In this document: positions 25,216 through 39,529 of the stretch, piece by piece
Position numbering within the stretch: the stretch's first letter is position 1
Layout of the letters: each line of letters opens with the position of its first letter
Origin: Paragordius varius
Lineage: Eukaryota > Animalia > Nematomorpha
NCBI GenBank assembly: GCA_964247055.1
Contig: OZ176052.1
Coordinates: 14,136,001-14,200,000, forward strand
Direction: 5' to 3'
DNA: 64,000 nt
The notes under the pieces: model-generated
What the model was told of the DNA's origin: nothing
What the model saw: only the letters and a program-made list of their open reading frames with translations
Database searches by the model: none
Position numbers and translations under genes: made by a program

Positions 25216-28200
25216 AGCCATTTTTATTTTTAAAATCGTATAAAATAACTTTTTTAAATATTTAAAAAATTCATAAAAATTACATTTATACTCCGATCTC
25301 GAAAATATTTGGGGTGATGATGGAACTACCATAGGGCTACCCAAAAAAAATTATAGTGACATCACCTGATCAAATTTGGATTTTAGGTAGCCATTTTTAT
25401 TTTTAAAATCGTATAAAATAAATTTTTTAAATATTTAAAAAATTCATAAAAATTACATTTATAGTCCGATCCCCAAAATATTTGGGGTGATGATGGAATT
25501 ACCATAGGGCTACCCAAAAAAAATTATGGTGACATCACCTGATCAAATTTGGATTTTAGGTAGCCATTTTTATTTTTAATATCGTATAAAATAAATTTTT
25601 TAAATATTTAAAAAATTCATAAAAATTACATTTATACTCCGATCTCGACAATATTTGGGGTGATGATGGAACTACCATAGGGCTACCCAAAAAAAATTAT
25701 AGTGACATCACCTGATCAAATTTGGATTTTAGGTAGCCATTTTTATTTTTAAAATCGTATAAAATAAATTTTTTAAATATTTAAATATTCATAAAAATTA
25801 CATTTATAGTCCGATCCCCAAAATATTTGGGGTGATGATGGAACAACCATAGGGCTACGCAAAAAAAATTATGGCGACATCACCTGATCAAATTTGGATT
25901 TTAGGTAGCCATTTTTATTTTTAAAATCGTATAAAATAAATTTTTTAAATATTTAAAAAATTCAAAAAAATTACATTTATACTCCGATCTCGAAAATATT
26001 TGGGGTGATAATGGAACTACCATAGGGTTACCCAAAAAAAATTATGGCGACATCACCTGATCAAATTTGGATTTTAGGTAGCCATTTTTATTTTTAAAAT
26101 CGTATAAAATAAATTTTTTAAATGTTTAAAAAATTCATAAAAATTACATTTATAGTCCGATCCCCAAAATATTTGGGGTGATGATGGAATTACCATAGGG
26201 CTACCCAAAAAAAATTATGGTGACATCACCTGATCAAATTTGGATTTTAGGTAGCCATTTTTATTTTTAAAATCGTATAAAATAAATTTTTTAAATATTT
26301 AAAAAATTCATAAAAATTACATTTATACTCCGATCTCGAAAATATTTGGGGTGATGATGGAACTACCATAGGGCTACCCAAAAAAAATTATAGTGACATC
26401 ACCTGATCAAATTTGGATTTTAGGTAACCATTTTTATTTTTAATATCGTATAAAATAAATTTTTTAAATATTTAAATAATTCATAAATATTACATTTATA
26501 GTCCGATCCCCAAAATATTTGGGGTGATGATGGAACTACCATAGGGCTACCCAAAAAAAAATTATAGTGACATCACCTGATCAAATTTGGATTTTAGGTA
26601 GCCATTTTTATTTTTAAAATCGTATAAAATAAATTTTTTAAATATTTAAAAAATTCATAAAAATTACATTTATAGTCCGATCCCCAAAATATTTGGGGTG
26701 ATGATGGAACAACCATAGGGCTACGCAAAAAAAATTATGGCGACATCACCTGATCAAATTTGGATTTTAGGTAGCCATTTTTATTTTTAAAATCGTATAA
26801 AATAAATTTTTTAAATATTTAAAAAATTCAAAAAAATTACATTTATACTCCGATCTCGAAAATATTTGGGGTGATGATGGAACTACCATAGGGCTACCCA
26901 AAAAAAATTATGGCGACATCACCTGATCAAATTTGGATTTTAGGTAGCCATTTTTATTTTTAAAATCGTATAAAATAACTTTTTTAAATATTTAAAAAAT
27001 TCATAAAAATTACATTTATACTCCGATCTCGAAAATATTTGGGGTGATGATGGAACTACCATAGGGCTACCAAAAAAAAATTATAGTGACATCACCTGAT
27101 CAAATTTGGATTTTAGGTAGCCATTTTTATTTTTAAAATCGTATAAAATAAATTTTTTAAATATTTAAAAAAATCATAAAAATTACATTTATAGTCCGAT
27201 CCCCAAAATATTTGGGGTGATGATGAAATTACCATAGGGCTACCCAAAAAAAATTATGGTGACATCACCTGATCAAATTTGGATTTTAGGTAGCCATTTT
27301 TATTTTTAATATCGTATAAAATAAATTTTTTAAATATTTAAAAAATTCATAAAAATTACATTTATACTCCGATCTCGACAATATTTGGGGTGATGATGGA
27401 ACTACCATAGGGCTACCCAAAAAAAATTATAGTGACATCACCTGATCAAATTTGGATTTTAGGTAGCCATTTTTATTTTTAAAATCGTATAAAATAAATT
27501 TTTTAAATATTTAAATATTCATAAAAATTACATTTATAGTCCGATCCCCAAAATATTTGGGGTGATGATGGAACAACCATAGGGCTACGCAAAAAAAATT
27601 ATGGCGACATCACCTGATCAAATTTGGATTTTAGGTAGCCATCTTTATTTTTAAAATCGTATAAAATAAATTTTTTAAATATTTAAAAAATTCAAAAAAA
27701 TTACATTTATACTCCGATCTCGAAAATATTTGGGGTGATGATGGAACTACCATAGGGCTACCCAAAAAAAATTATGGCGACATCACCTGATCAAATTTGG
27801 ATTTTAGATAGCCATTTTTATTTTTAAAATCGTATAAAATAAATTTTTTAAATGTTTAAAAAATTCATAAAAATTACATTTATAGTCCGATCCCCAAAAT
27901 ATTTGGGGTGATGATGGAATTACCATAGGGCTACCCAAAAAAAATTATGGTGACATCACCTGATCAAATTTGGATTTTAGGTAGCCATTTTTATTTTTAA
28001 AATCGTATAAAATAAATTTTTTAAATATTTAAAAAATTCATAAAAATTACATTTATACTCCGATCTAGAAAATATTTGGGGTGATGATGGAACTACCATA
28101 GGGCTACCCAAAAAAAATTATAGTGACATCACCTGATCAAATTTGGATTTTAGGTAACCATTTTTATTTTTAATATCGTATAAAATAAATTTTTTAAATA

Positions 28201-29190
28201 TTTAAATAATTCATAAATATTACATTTATAGTCCGATCCCCAAAATATTTGGGGTGATGATGGAACTACCATAGAGCTACCCAAAAAAAATTATAGTGAC
28301 ATCACCTGATCAAATTTGGATTTTAGGTAGCCATTTTTATTTTTAAAATCGTATAAAATAAATTTTTTAAATATTTAAAAAATTCATAAAAATTACATTT
28401 ATAGTCCGATCCCCAAAATATTTGGGGTGATGATGGAACAACCATAGGGCTACGCAAAAAAAATTATGGCGACATCACCTGATCAAATTTGGATTTTAGG
28501 TAGCCATTTTTATTTTTAAAATCGTATAAAATAAATTTTTTAAATATTTAAAAAATTCAAAAAAATTACATTTATACTCCGATCTCGAAAATATTTGGGG
28601 TGATGATGGAACTACCATAGGGCTACCCAAAAAAAATTATGGCGACATCACCTGATCAAATTTGGATTTTAGGTAGCCATTTTTATTTTTAAAATCGTAT
28701 AAAATAACTTTTTTAAATATTTAAAAAATTCATAAAAATTACATTTATACTCCGATCTCGAAAATATTTGGGGTGATGATGGAACTACCATAGGGCTACC
28801 CAAAAAAAATTATAGTGACATCACCTGATCAAATTTGGATTTTAGGTAGCCATTTTTATTTTTAAAATCGTATAAAATAAATTTTTTAAATATTTAAAAA
28901 ATTCATAAAAATTACATTTATAGTCCGATCCCCAAAATATTTGGGGTGATGATGGAATTACCATAGGGCTACCCAAAAAAAATTATGGTGACATCACCTG
29001 ATCAAATTTGGATTTTAGGTAGCCATTTTTATTTTTAATATCGTATAAAATAAATTTTTTAAATATTTAAAAAATTCATAAAAATTACATTTATACTCCG
29101 ATCTCGACAATATTTGGGGTGATGATGGAACTACCATAGGGCTACCCAAAAAAAATTATAGTGACATCACCTGATCAAATTTGGATATAG
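25216..29190. repeat. 10-monomer unit (~1,730 bp), two copies plus a partial third
   Basis: AATAACT variant at 25249, 26979 and 28708; AAATAATTCATAAATAT shared at offset ~1,730. Confidence 0.85.
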
Positions 29191-30559
29191 GTAGCCATTT
29201 TTATTTTTAAAATCGTATAAAATAAATTTTTTAAATATTTAAAAAATTCATAAAAATTACATTTATAGTCCGATCCCCAAAATATTTGAGGTGATGATGG
29301 AACAACCATAGGGCTACGCAAAAAAAATTATGGCGACATCACCTGATCAAATTTGGATTTTCGGTAGCCATTTTTATTTTTAAAATCGTATAAAATAAAT
29401 TTTTTAAATATTTAAAAAATTCATAAAAATTACATTTATACTCCGATCTCGACAATATTTGGGGTGATGATGGAACTACCATAGGGCTACGCAAAAAAAA
29501 TTATGGCGAGATCACCTGATCAAATTTGGATTTTAGGGAGCCATTTTTATTTTTAAAATCGTATAAAATAAATTTTTTAAATATTTAAAAAATTCATAAA
29601 AATTACATTTATACTCCGATCTCGACAATATTTGGGGTGATGATGGAACTACCATAGGGCTACGCAAAAAAAATTATGGCGACATCACCTGATCAAATTT
29701 GGATTTTAGGTAGCCATTTTTATTTTTAAAATCGTATAAAATAAATTTTTTAAATATTTAAAAAATTCAAAAAAATTACATTTATACTCCGATCTCGAAA
29801 ATATTTGGGGTGATGATGGAACTACCATAGGGCTACCCAAAAAAAATTATGGTGACATCACCTGATCAAATTTGGATTTTAGGTAGCCATTTTTATTTTT
29901 AAAATCGTATAAAATAAATTTTTTAAATATTTAAAAAATTCATAAAATTTACATTTATAGTCCGATCCCCAAAATATTTGGGGTGATGATGGAATTACCA
30001 TAGGGCTACCCAAAAAAAATTATGGTGACATCACCTGATCAAATTTGGATTTTAGGTAGCCATTTTTATTTTTAAAATCGTATAAAATAAATTTTGTAAA
30101 TATTTAAAAAATTCATAAAAATTACATTTATACTCCGATCTCGAAAATATTTGGGGTGATGATGGAACTACCATAGGGCTACCCAAATAGTGACATCACC
30201 TGATCAAATTTGGATTTTAGGTAACCATTTTTATTTTTAATATCGTATAAAATAAATTTTTTAAATATTTAAAAAATTCATAAAAATTACATTTATAGTC
30301 CGATCCCCAAAATATTTGGGGTGATGATGGAACTACCATAGGGCTACTCAAAAAAAATTATGACATCACCTGATCAAATTTGGATTTTAGGTAGCCATTT
30401 TTATTTTTAAAATCGTATAAAATAAATTTTTTAAATATTTAAAAAATTCATAAAAATTACATTTATAGTCCGATCCCCAAAATATTTGGGGTGATGATGG
30501 AACTACCATAGGGCTACCCAAAAAAAATTATGGCGACATCACCTGATCAAATTTGGATT

Positions 30560-33500
30560 TTAGGTAGCCATTTTTATTTTTAAAATCGTATAAAATAAAT
30601 TTTTTAAATATTGAAAAAATTCAAAAAAATTACATTTATACTCCGATCTCGAAAATATTTGGGGTGATGATGGAACTACCATAGGGCTACCCAAAAAAAA
30701 TATGGCGACATCACCTGATCAAATTTGGATTTTAGGTAGCCATTTTTAATTTTAAAATCGTATAAAATAAATTTTTTAAATGTTTAAAAAATTCATAAAA
30801 ATTACATTTATAGTCCGATCCCCAAAATATTTGGGGTGATGATGGAATTACCATAGGGCTACCCAAAAAAAATTATGGTGACATCACCTGATCAAATTTG
30901 GATTTTAGGTAGCCATTTTTATTTTTAAAATCGTATAAAATAAATTTTTTAAATATTTAAAAAATTCATAAAAATTACATTTATACTCCGATCTCGAAAA
31001 TATTTGGGGTGATGATGGAACTACCATAGGGCTACCCAAATAGTGACATCACCTGATCAAATTTGGATTTTAGGTAGCCATTTTTATTTTTAAAATCGTA
31101 TAAAATAAATTTTTTAAATATTGAAAAAATTCAAAAAAATTACATTTATACTCCGATCTCGAAAATATTTGGGGTGATGATGGAACTACCATAGGGCTAC
31201 CCAAAAAAAATATGGCGACATCACCTGATCAAATTTGGATTTTAGGTAGCCATTTTTATTTTTAAAATCGTATAAAATAAATTTTTTAAATGTTTAAAAA
31301 ATTCATAAAAATTACATATATAGTCCGATCCCCAAAATATTTGGGGTGATGATGGAATTACCATAGGGCTACCCAAAAAAAATTATGGTGACATCACCTG
31401 ATCAAATTTGGATTTTAGGTAGCCATTTTTATTTTTAAAATCGTATAAAATAAATTTTTTAAATATTTAAAAAATTCATAAAAATTACATTTATACTCCG
31501 ATCTCGAAAATATTTGGGGTGATGATGGAACTACCATAGGGCTACCCAAAAAAAATTATAGTGACATCACCTGATCAAATTTGGATTTTAGGTAACCATT
31601 TTTATTTTTAATATCGTATAAAATAAATTTTTTAAATATTTAAAAAATTCATAAAAATTACATTTATAGTCCGATCCCCAAAATATTTGGGGTGATGATG
31701 GAACTACCATAGGGCTACCCAAAAAAAATTATAGTGACATCACCTGATCAAATTTGGATTTTTGGTAGCCATTTTTATTTTTAAAATCGTATAAAATAAA
31801 TTTTTTAAATATTTAAAAAATTCATAAAAATTACATTTATAGTCCGATCCCCAAAATATTTGGGGTGATGATGGAACTACCATAGGGCTACCCAAAAAAA
31901 ATTATGGTGACATCACCTGATCAAATTTGGATTTAAGGTAGCCATTTTTATTTTTAAAATCGTATAAAATAAATTTTTTAAATATTTAAAAAATTCATAA
32001 AAATTACATTTATAGTCCGATCCCCAAAATATTTGGGTTGATGATGGAACAACCATAGGGCTACGCAAAAAAAATTATGGCGACATCACTTGATCAAATT
32101 TGGATTTTAGGTAGCCATTTTTATTTTTAAAATCGTATAAAATAAATTTTTTAAATATTGAAAAAATTCAAAAAAATTACATTTATACTCCGATCTCGAA
32201 AATATTTGGGGTGATGATGGAACAACCATAGGGCTACGCAAAAAAAATTATGGTGACATCACCTGATCAAATTTGGATTTTAGGTAGCCATTTTTATTTT
32301 TAAAATCGTATAAAATAAATTTTTTAAATATTTAAAAAATTCATAAAAATTACATTTATACTCCGATCTCGAAAATATTTGGGGTGATGATGGAACTACC
32401 ATAGGGCTACCCAAATAGTGACATCACCTGATCAAATTTGGATTTTAGGTAGCCATTTTTATTTTTAAAATCGTATAAAATAAATTTTTTAAATATTGAA
32501 AAAATTCAAAAAAATTACATTTATACTCCGATCTCGAAAATATTTGGGGTGATGATGGAACTACCATAGGGCTACCCAAAAAAAATATGGCGACATCACC
32601 TGATCAAATTTGGATTTTAGGTAGCCATTTTTATTTTTAAAATCGTATAAAATAAATTTTTTAAATGTTTAAAAAATTCATAAAAATTACATTTATAGTC
32701 CGATCCCCAAAATATTTGGGGTGATGATGGAATTACCATAGGGCTACCCAAAAAAAATTATGGTGACATCACCTGATCAAATTTGGATTTTAGGTAGCCA
32801 TTTTTATTTTTAAAATCGTATAAAATAAATTTTTTAAATATTTAAAAAATTCATAAAAATTACATTTATACTCCGATCTCGAAAATATTTGGGGTGATGA
32901 TGGAACTACCATAAGGCTACCCAAAAAAAATTATAGTGACATCACCTGATCAAATTTGGATTTTAGGTAACCATTTTTATTTTTAATATCGTATAAAATA
33001 AATTTTTTAAATATTTAAAAAATTCATAAAAATTACATTTATAGTCCGATCCCCAAAATATTTGGGGTGATGATGGAACTACCATAGGGCTACCCAAAAA
33101 AAATTATAGTGACATCACCTGATCAAATTTGGATTTTTGGTAGCCATTTTTATTTTTAAAATCGTATAAAATAAATTTTTTAAATATTTAAAAAATTCAT
33201 AAAAATTACATTTATAGTCCGATCCCCAAAATATTTGGGGTGATGATGGAACTACCATAGGGCTACCCAAAAAAAATTATGGTGACATCACCTGATCAAA
33301 TTTGGATTTTAGGTAGCCATTTTTATTTTTAAAATCGTATAAAATAAATTTTTTAAATATTTAAAAAATTCATAAAAATTACATTTATAGTCCGATCCCC
33401 AAAATATTTGGGTTGATGATGGAACAACCATAGGGCTACGCAAAAAAAATTATGGCGACATCACCTGATCAAATTTGGATTTTAGGTAGCCATTTTTATT

Positions 33501-35730
33501 TTTAAAATCGTATAAAATAAATTTTTTAAATATTGAAAAAATTCAAAAAAATTACATTTATACTCCGATCTCGAAAATATTTGGGGTGATGATGGAACTA
33601 CCATAGGGCTACCCAAAAAAAATTATAGTGACATCACCTGATCAAATTTGGATTTTAGGTAGCCATTTTTATTTTTAAAATCGTATAAAATAAATTTTTA
33701 AATATTTAAAAAATTCATAAAAATTACATTTATACTCCGATCTCGAAAATATTTGGGGTGATGATGGAACTACCATAGGGCTACCCAAAAAAAATTATAG
33801 TGACATCACCTGATCAAATTTGGATTTTAGGTAGCCATTTTTATTTTTAAAATCGTATAAAATAAATTTTTTAAATATTTAAAAAATTCATAAAAATTAC
33901 ATTTATACTCCGATCTCGACAATATTTGGGGTGATGATGGAACTACCATAGGGCTACCCAAAAAAAATTATAGTACATCACCTGATCAAATTTGGATTTT
34001 AGGTAGCCATTTTTAGTTTTAAAATCGTATAAAATAAATTTTTTAAATATTTAAAAAATTCAAAAAAATTACATTTATACTCCGATCTCAAAAATATTTG
34101 GGGTGATGATGGAACTACCATAGGGCTACCCAAAAAAAATATGGCGACATCACCTGATCAAATTTGGATTTTAGGTAGCCATTTTTATTTTTAAAATCGT
34201 ATAAAATAAATTTTTTAAATGTTTAAAAAATTCATAAAAATTACATTTATAGTCCGATCCCCAAATTATTTGGGGTGATGATGGAATTACCATAGGGCTA
34301 CCCAAAAAAAATTATGGTGACATCACCTGATCAAATTTGGATTTTAGGTAGCCATTTTTATTTTTAAAATCGTATAAAATAAATTTTTTAAATATTTAAA
34401 AAATTCATAAAAATTACATTTATACTCCGATCTCGAAAATATTTGGGGTGATGATGGAACTACCATAGGGCTACCCAAAAAAAATTATGGCGACATCACC
34501 TGATCAAATTTGGATTTTAGGTAGCCATTTTTATTTTTAAAATCGTATAAAATAAATTTTTTAAATATTGAAAAAATTCAAAAAAATTACATTTATACTC
34601 CGATCTCGAAAATATTTGGGGTGATGATGGAACTACCATAGGGCTACCCAAAAAAAATATGGCGACATCACCTGATCAAATTTGGATTTTAGGTAGCCAT
34701 TTTTATTTTTAAAATCGTATAAAATAAATTTTTTAAATGTTTAAAAAATTCATAAAAATTACATATATAGTCCGATCCCCAAAATATTTGGGGTGATGAT
34801 GGAATTACCATAGGGCTACCCAAAAAAAATTATGGTGACATCACCTGATCAAATTTGGATTTTAGGTAGCCATTTTTATTTTTAAAATCGTATAAAATAA
34901 ATTTTTTAAATATTTAAAAAATTCATAAAAATTACATTTATACTCCGATCTCGAAAATATTTGGGGTGATGATGGAACTACCATAGGGCTATCCAAAAAA
35001 AATTATAGTGACATCACCTGATCAAATTTGGATTTTAGGTAACCATTTTTATTTTTAATATCGTATAAAATAAATTTTTTAAATATTTAAAAAATTCATA
35101 AAAATTACATTTATAGTCCGATCCCCAAAATATTTGGGGTGATGATGGAACTACCATAGGGCTACCCAAAAAAAATTATAGTGACATCACCTGATCAAAT
35201 TTGGATTTTTGGTAGCCATTTTTATTTTTAAAATCGTATAAAATAAATTTTTTAAATATTTAAAAAATTCATAAAAATTACATTTATAGTCCGATCCCCA
35301 AAATATTTGGGGTGATGATGGAACTACCATAGGGCTACCCAAAAAAAATTATGGTGACATCACCTGATCAAATTTGGATTTTAGGTAGCCATTTTTATTT
35401 TTAAAATCGTATAAAATAAATTTTTTAAATATTTAAAAAATTCATAAAAATTACATTTATAGTCCGATCCCCAAAATATTTGGGGTGATGATGGAACAAC
35501 CATAGGGCTACCCAAAAAAAATTATGGCGACATCACCTGATCAAATTTGGATTTTAGGTAGCCATTTTTATTTTTAAAATCGTATAAAATAAATTTTTTA
35601 AATATTGAAAAAATTCAAAAAAATTACATTTATACTCCGATCTCGAAAATATTTGGGGTGATGATGGAACTACCATAGGGCTACCCAAAAAAAATTAGAG
35701 TGACATCACCTGATCCAATTTGGATTTTAG
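30560..35730. repeat. 8-monomer-type unit (~1,375 bp), two tandem copies plus related partial copies
   Basis: An 8-bp deletion (CCCAAA|TAGTG) at ~30188, 31041 and 32416; AAATATTGAAA, TTGGGTTGAT and TTTTTGGTAG markers; ACATATATAG at 31314/34761. Confidence 0.8.
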
Positions 35731-38700
35731 GTAGCCATTTTTATTTTTAAAATCGTATAAAATATATTTTTTAAATATTTAAAAAATTCATAAAAATTAC
35801 ATTTATACTCCGATCTCGACAATATTTGGGGTGATGATGGAACTACCATAGGGCTACCCAAAAAAAATTATAGTGATATCACCTGATCAAATTTGGATTT
35901 TAGGTAGCCATTTTTATTTTTAAAATCGTATAAAATAAATTTTTTAAATATTTAAAAAATTCAAAAAAATTACATTAATACTCCGATCTCGAAAATATTT
36001 GGGGTGATGATGGAACTACCATAGGGCTACCCAAAAAAAATTATGGCGACATCACCTGATCAAATTTGGATTTTAGGTAGCCATTTTTATTTTTAAAATC
36101 ATATAAAATAAATTTTTAAATATTTAAAAAATTCATAAAAATTACATTTATACTCCGATCTCGAAAATATTTGGGGTGATGATGGAACTACCATAGGGCT
36201 ACCCAAAAAAAATTATGGCGACATCACCTGAACAAATTTGGATTTTAGGTAGCCATTTTTATTTTTAAAATCGTATAAAATAAATTTTTAAATATTTAAA
36301 AAATTCATAAAAATTACATTTATACTCCGATCTCGAAAATATTTGAGGTGATGATGGAACTACCATAGGGCTACCCAAAAAAAATTATGGCGACATCACC
36401 TGATCAAATTTGGATTTTAGGTAGCTATTTTTATTTTTAAAATCGTATAAAATAAATTTTTTAAATATTTAAAAAATTCAAAAAAATTACATTAATACTC
36501 CGATCTCGAAAATATTTGGGGTGATGATGGAACTACCATAGGGCTACCCAAAAAAAATTATGGCGACATCACCTGATCAAATTTGGATTTTAGGTAGCCA
36601 TTTTTATTTTTAAAATCATATAAAATAAATTTTTAAATATTTAAAAAATTCATAAAAATTACATTTATACTCCGATCTCGAAAATATTTGGGGTGATGAT
36701 GGAACTACCATAGGGCTACCCAAAAAAAATTATAGTGACATCACCTGATCAAATTTGGATTTTAGGTAGCCATTTTTATTTTTAAAATCGTATAAAATAA
36801 ATTTTTTAAATATTTAAAAAATTCATAAAAATTACATTTATACTCCGATCTCGACAATATTTGGGGTGATGATGGAACTACCATAGGGCTACCCAAAAAA
36901 AATTATAGTGACATCACCTGATCAAATTTGGATTTTAGGTAGCCATTTTTATTTTTAAAATCGTATAAAATAAATTTTTTAAATATTTAAAAAATTCATA
37001 AAAATTACATTTATAGTCCGATCCCCAAAATATTTGGGGTGATGATGGAACAACCATAGGGCTACGCAAAAAAAATTATGGCGACATCACCTGATCAAAT
37101 TTGGATTTTAGGTAGCCATTTTTATTTTTAAAATCGTATAAAATAAATTTTTTAAATATTTAAAAAATTCAAAAAAATTACATTTATACTCCGATCTCGA
37201 AAATATTTGATGTGATGATGGAACTACCATAGGGCTACCCAAAAAAAATTATGGCGACATCACCTGATCAAATTTGGATTTTAGGTAGCCATTTTTATTT
37301 TTAAAATCGTATAAAATAAATTTTTAAATATTTAAAAAATTCATAAAAATTACATTTATACTCCGATCTCGAAAATATTTGGGGTGATGATGGAACTACC
37401 ATAGGGCTACCCAAAAAAATTATAGTGACATCACCTGATCAAATTTGGATTTTAGGTAGCCATTTTTATTTTTAAAATCGTATAAAATAAATTTTTTAAA
37501 TATTTAAAAAATTCATAAAAATTACATTTATAGTCCGATCCCCAAAATATTTGGGGTGATGATGGAATTACCATAGGGCTACCCAAAAAAAATTATGGTG
37601 ACATCACCTGATCAAATTTGGATTTTAGGTAGCCATTTTTATTTTTAATATCGTATAAAATAAATTTTTTAAATATTTAAAAAATTCATAAAAATTACAT
37701 TTATACTCCGATCTCGACAATATTTGGGGTGATGATGGAACTACCATAGGGCTACCCAAAAAAAATTATAGTGACATCACCTGATCAAATTTGGATTTTA
37801 GGTAGCCATTTTTATTTTTAAAATCGTATAAAATAAATTTTTTAAATATTTAAAAAATTCATAAAAATTACATTTATAGTCCGATCCCCAAAATATTTGG
37901 GGTGATGATGGAACAACCATAGGGCTACGCAAAAAAAATTATGGCGACATCACCTGATCAAATTTGGATTTTAGGTAGCCATTTTTATTTTTAAAATCGT
38001 ATAAAATAAATTTTTTAAATATTTAAAAAATTCAAAAAAATTACATTAATACTCCGATCTCGAAAATATTTGGGGTGATGATGGAACTACCATAGGGCTA
38101 CCCAAAAAAAATTATGGCGACATCACCTGAACAAATTTGGATTTTAGGTAGCCATTTTTATTTTTAAAATCGTATAAAATAAATTTTTAAATATTTAAAA
38201 AATTCATAAAAATTACATTTATACTCCGATCTCGAAAATATTTGGGGTGATGATGGAACTACCATAGGGCTACCCAAAAAAAATTATGGCGACATCACCT
38301 GATCAAATTTGGATTTTAGGTAGCCATTTTTATTTTTAAAATCGTATAAAATAAATTTTTAAATATTTAAAAAATTCATAAAAATTACATTTATACTCCG
38401 ATCTCGAAAATATTTGAGGTGATGATGGAACTACCATAGGGCTACCCAAAAAAAATTATGGCGACATCACCTGATCAAATTTGGATTTTAGGTAGCCATT
38501 TTTATTTTTAAAATCGTATAAAATAAATTTTTTAAATATTTAAAAAATTCATAAAAATTACATTTATAGTCCGATCCCCAAAATATTTGGGGTGATGATG
38601 GAACAACCATAGGGCTACGCAAAAAAAATTATGGCGACATCACCTGATCAAATTTGGATTTTAGGTAGCCATTTTTATTTTTAAAATCGTATAAAATAAA

Positions 38701-39529
38701 TTTTTTAAATATTTAAAAAATTCAAAAAAATTACATTTATACTCCGATCTCGAAAATATTTGAGGTGATGATGGAACTACCATAGGGCTACCCAAAAAAA
38801 ATTATGGCGATATCACCTGATCAAATTTGGATTTTAGGTAGCCATTTTTATTTTTAAAATCGTATAAAATAAATTTTTAAATATTTAAAAAATTCATAAA
38901 AATTACATTTATACTCCGATCTCGAAAATATTTGGGGTGATGATGGAACTACCATAGGGCTACCCAAAAAAATTATAGTGACATCACCTGATCAAATTTG
39001 GATTTTAGGTAGCCATTTTTATTTTTAAAATCGTATAAAATAAATTTTTTAAATATTTAAAAAATTCATAAAAATTACATTTATAGTCCGATCCCCAAAA
39101 TATTTGGGGTGATGATGGAATTACCATAGGGCTACCCAAAAAAAATTATGGTGACATCACCTGATCAAATTTGGATTTTAGGTAGCCATTTTTATTTTTA
39201 ATATCGTATAAAATAAATTTTTTAAATATTTAAAAAATTCATAAAAATTACATTTATACTCCGATCTCGACAATATTTGGGGTGATGATGGAACTACCAT
39301 AGGGCTACCCAAAAAAAATTATAGTGACATCACCTGATCAAATTTGGATTTTAGGTAGCCATTTTTATTTTTAAAATCGTATAAAATAAATTTTTTAAAT
39401 ATTTAAAAAATTCATAAAAATTACATTTATAGTCCGATCCCCAAAATATTTGGGGTGATGATGGAACAACCATAGGGCTACGCAAAAAAAATTATAGTGA
39501 CATCACCTGATCAAATTTGGATTTTAGGT

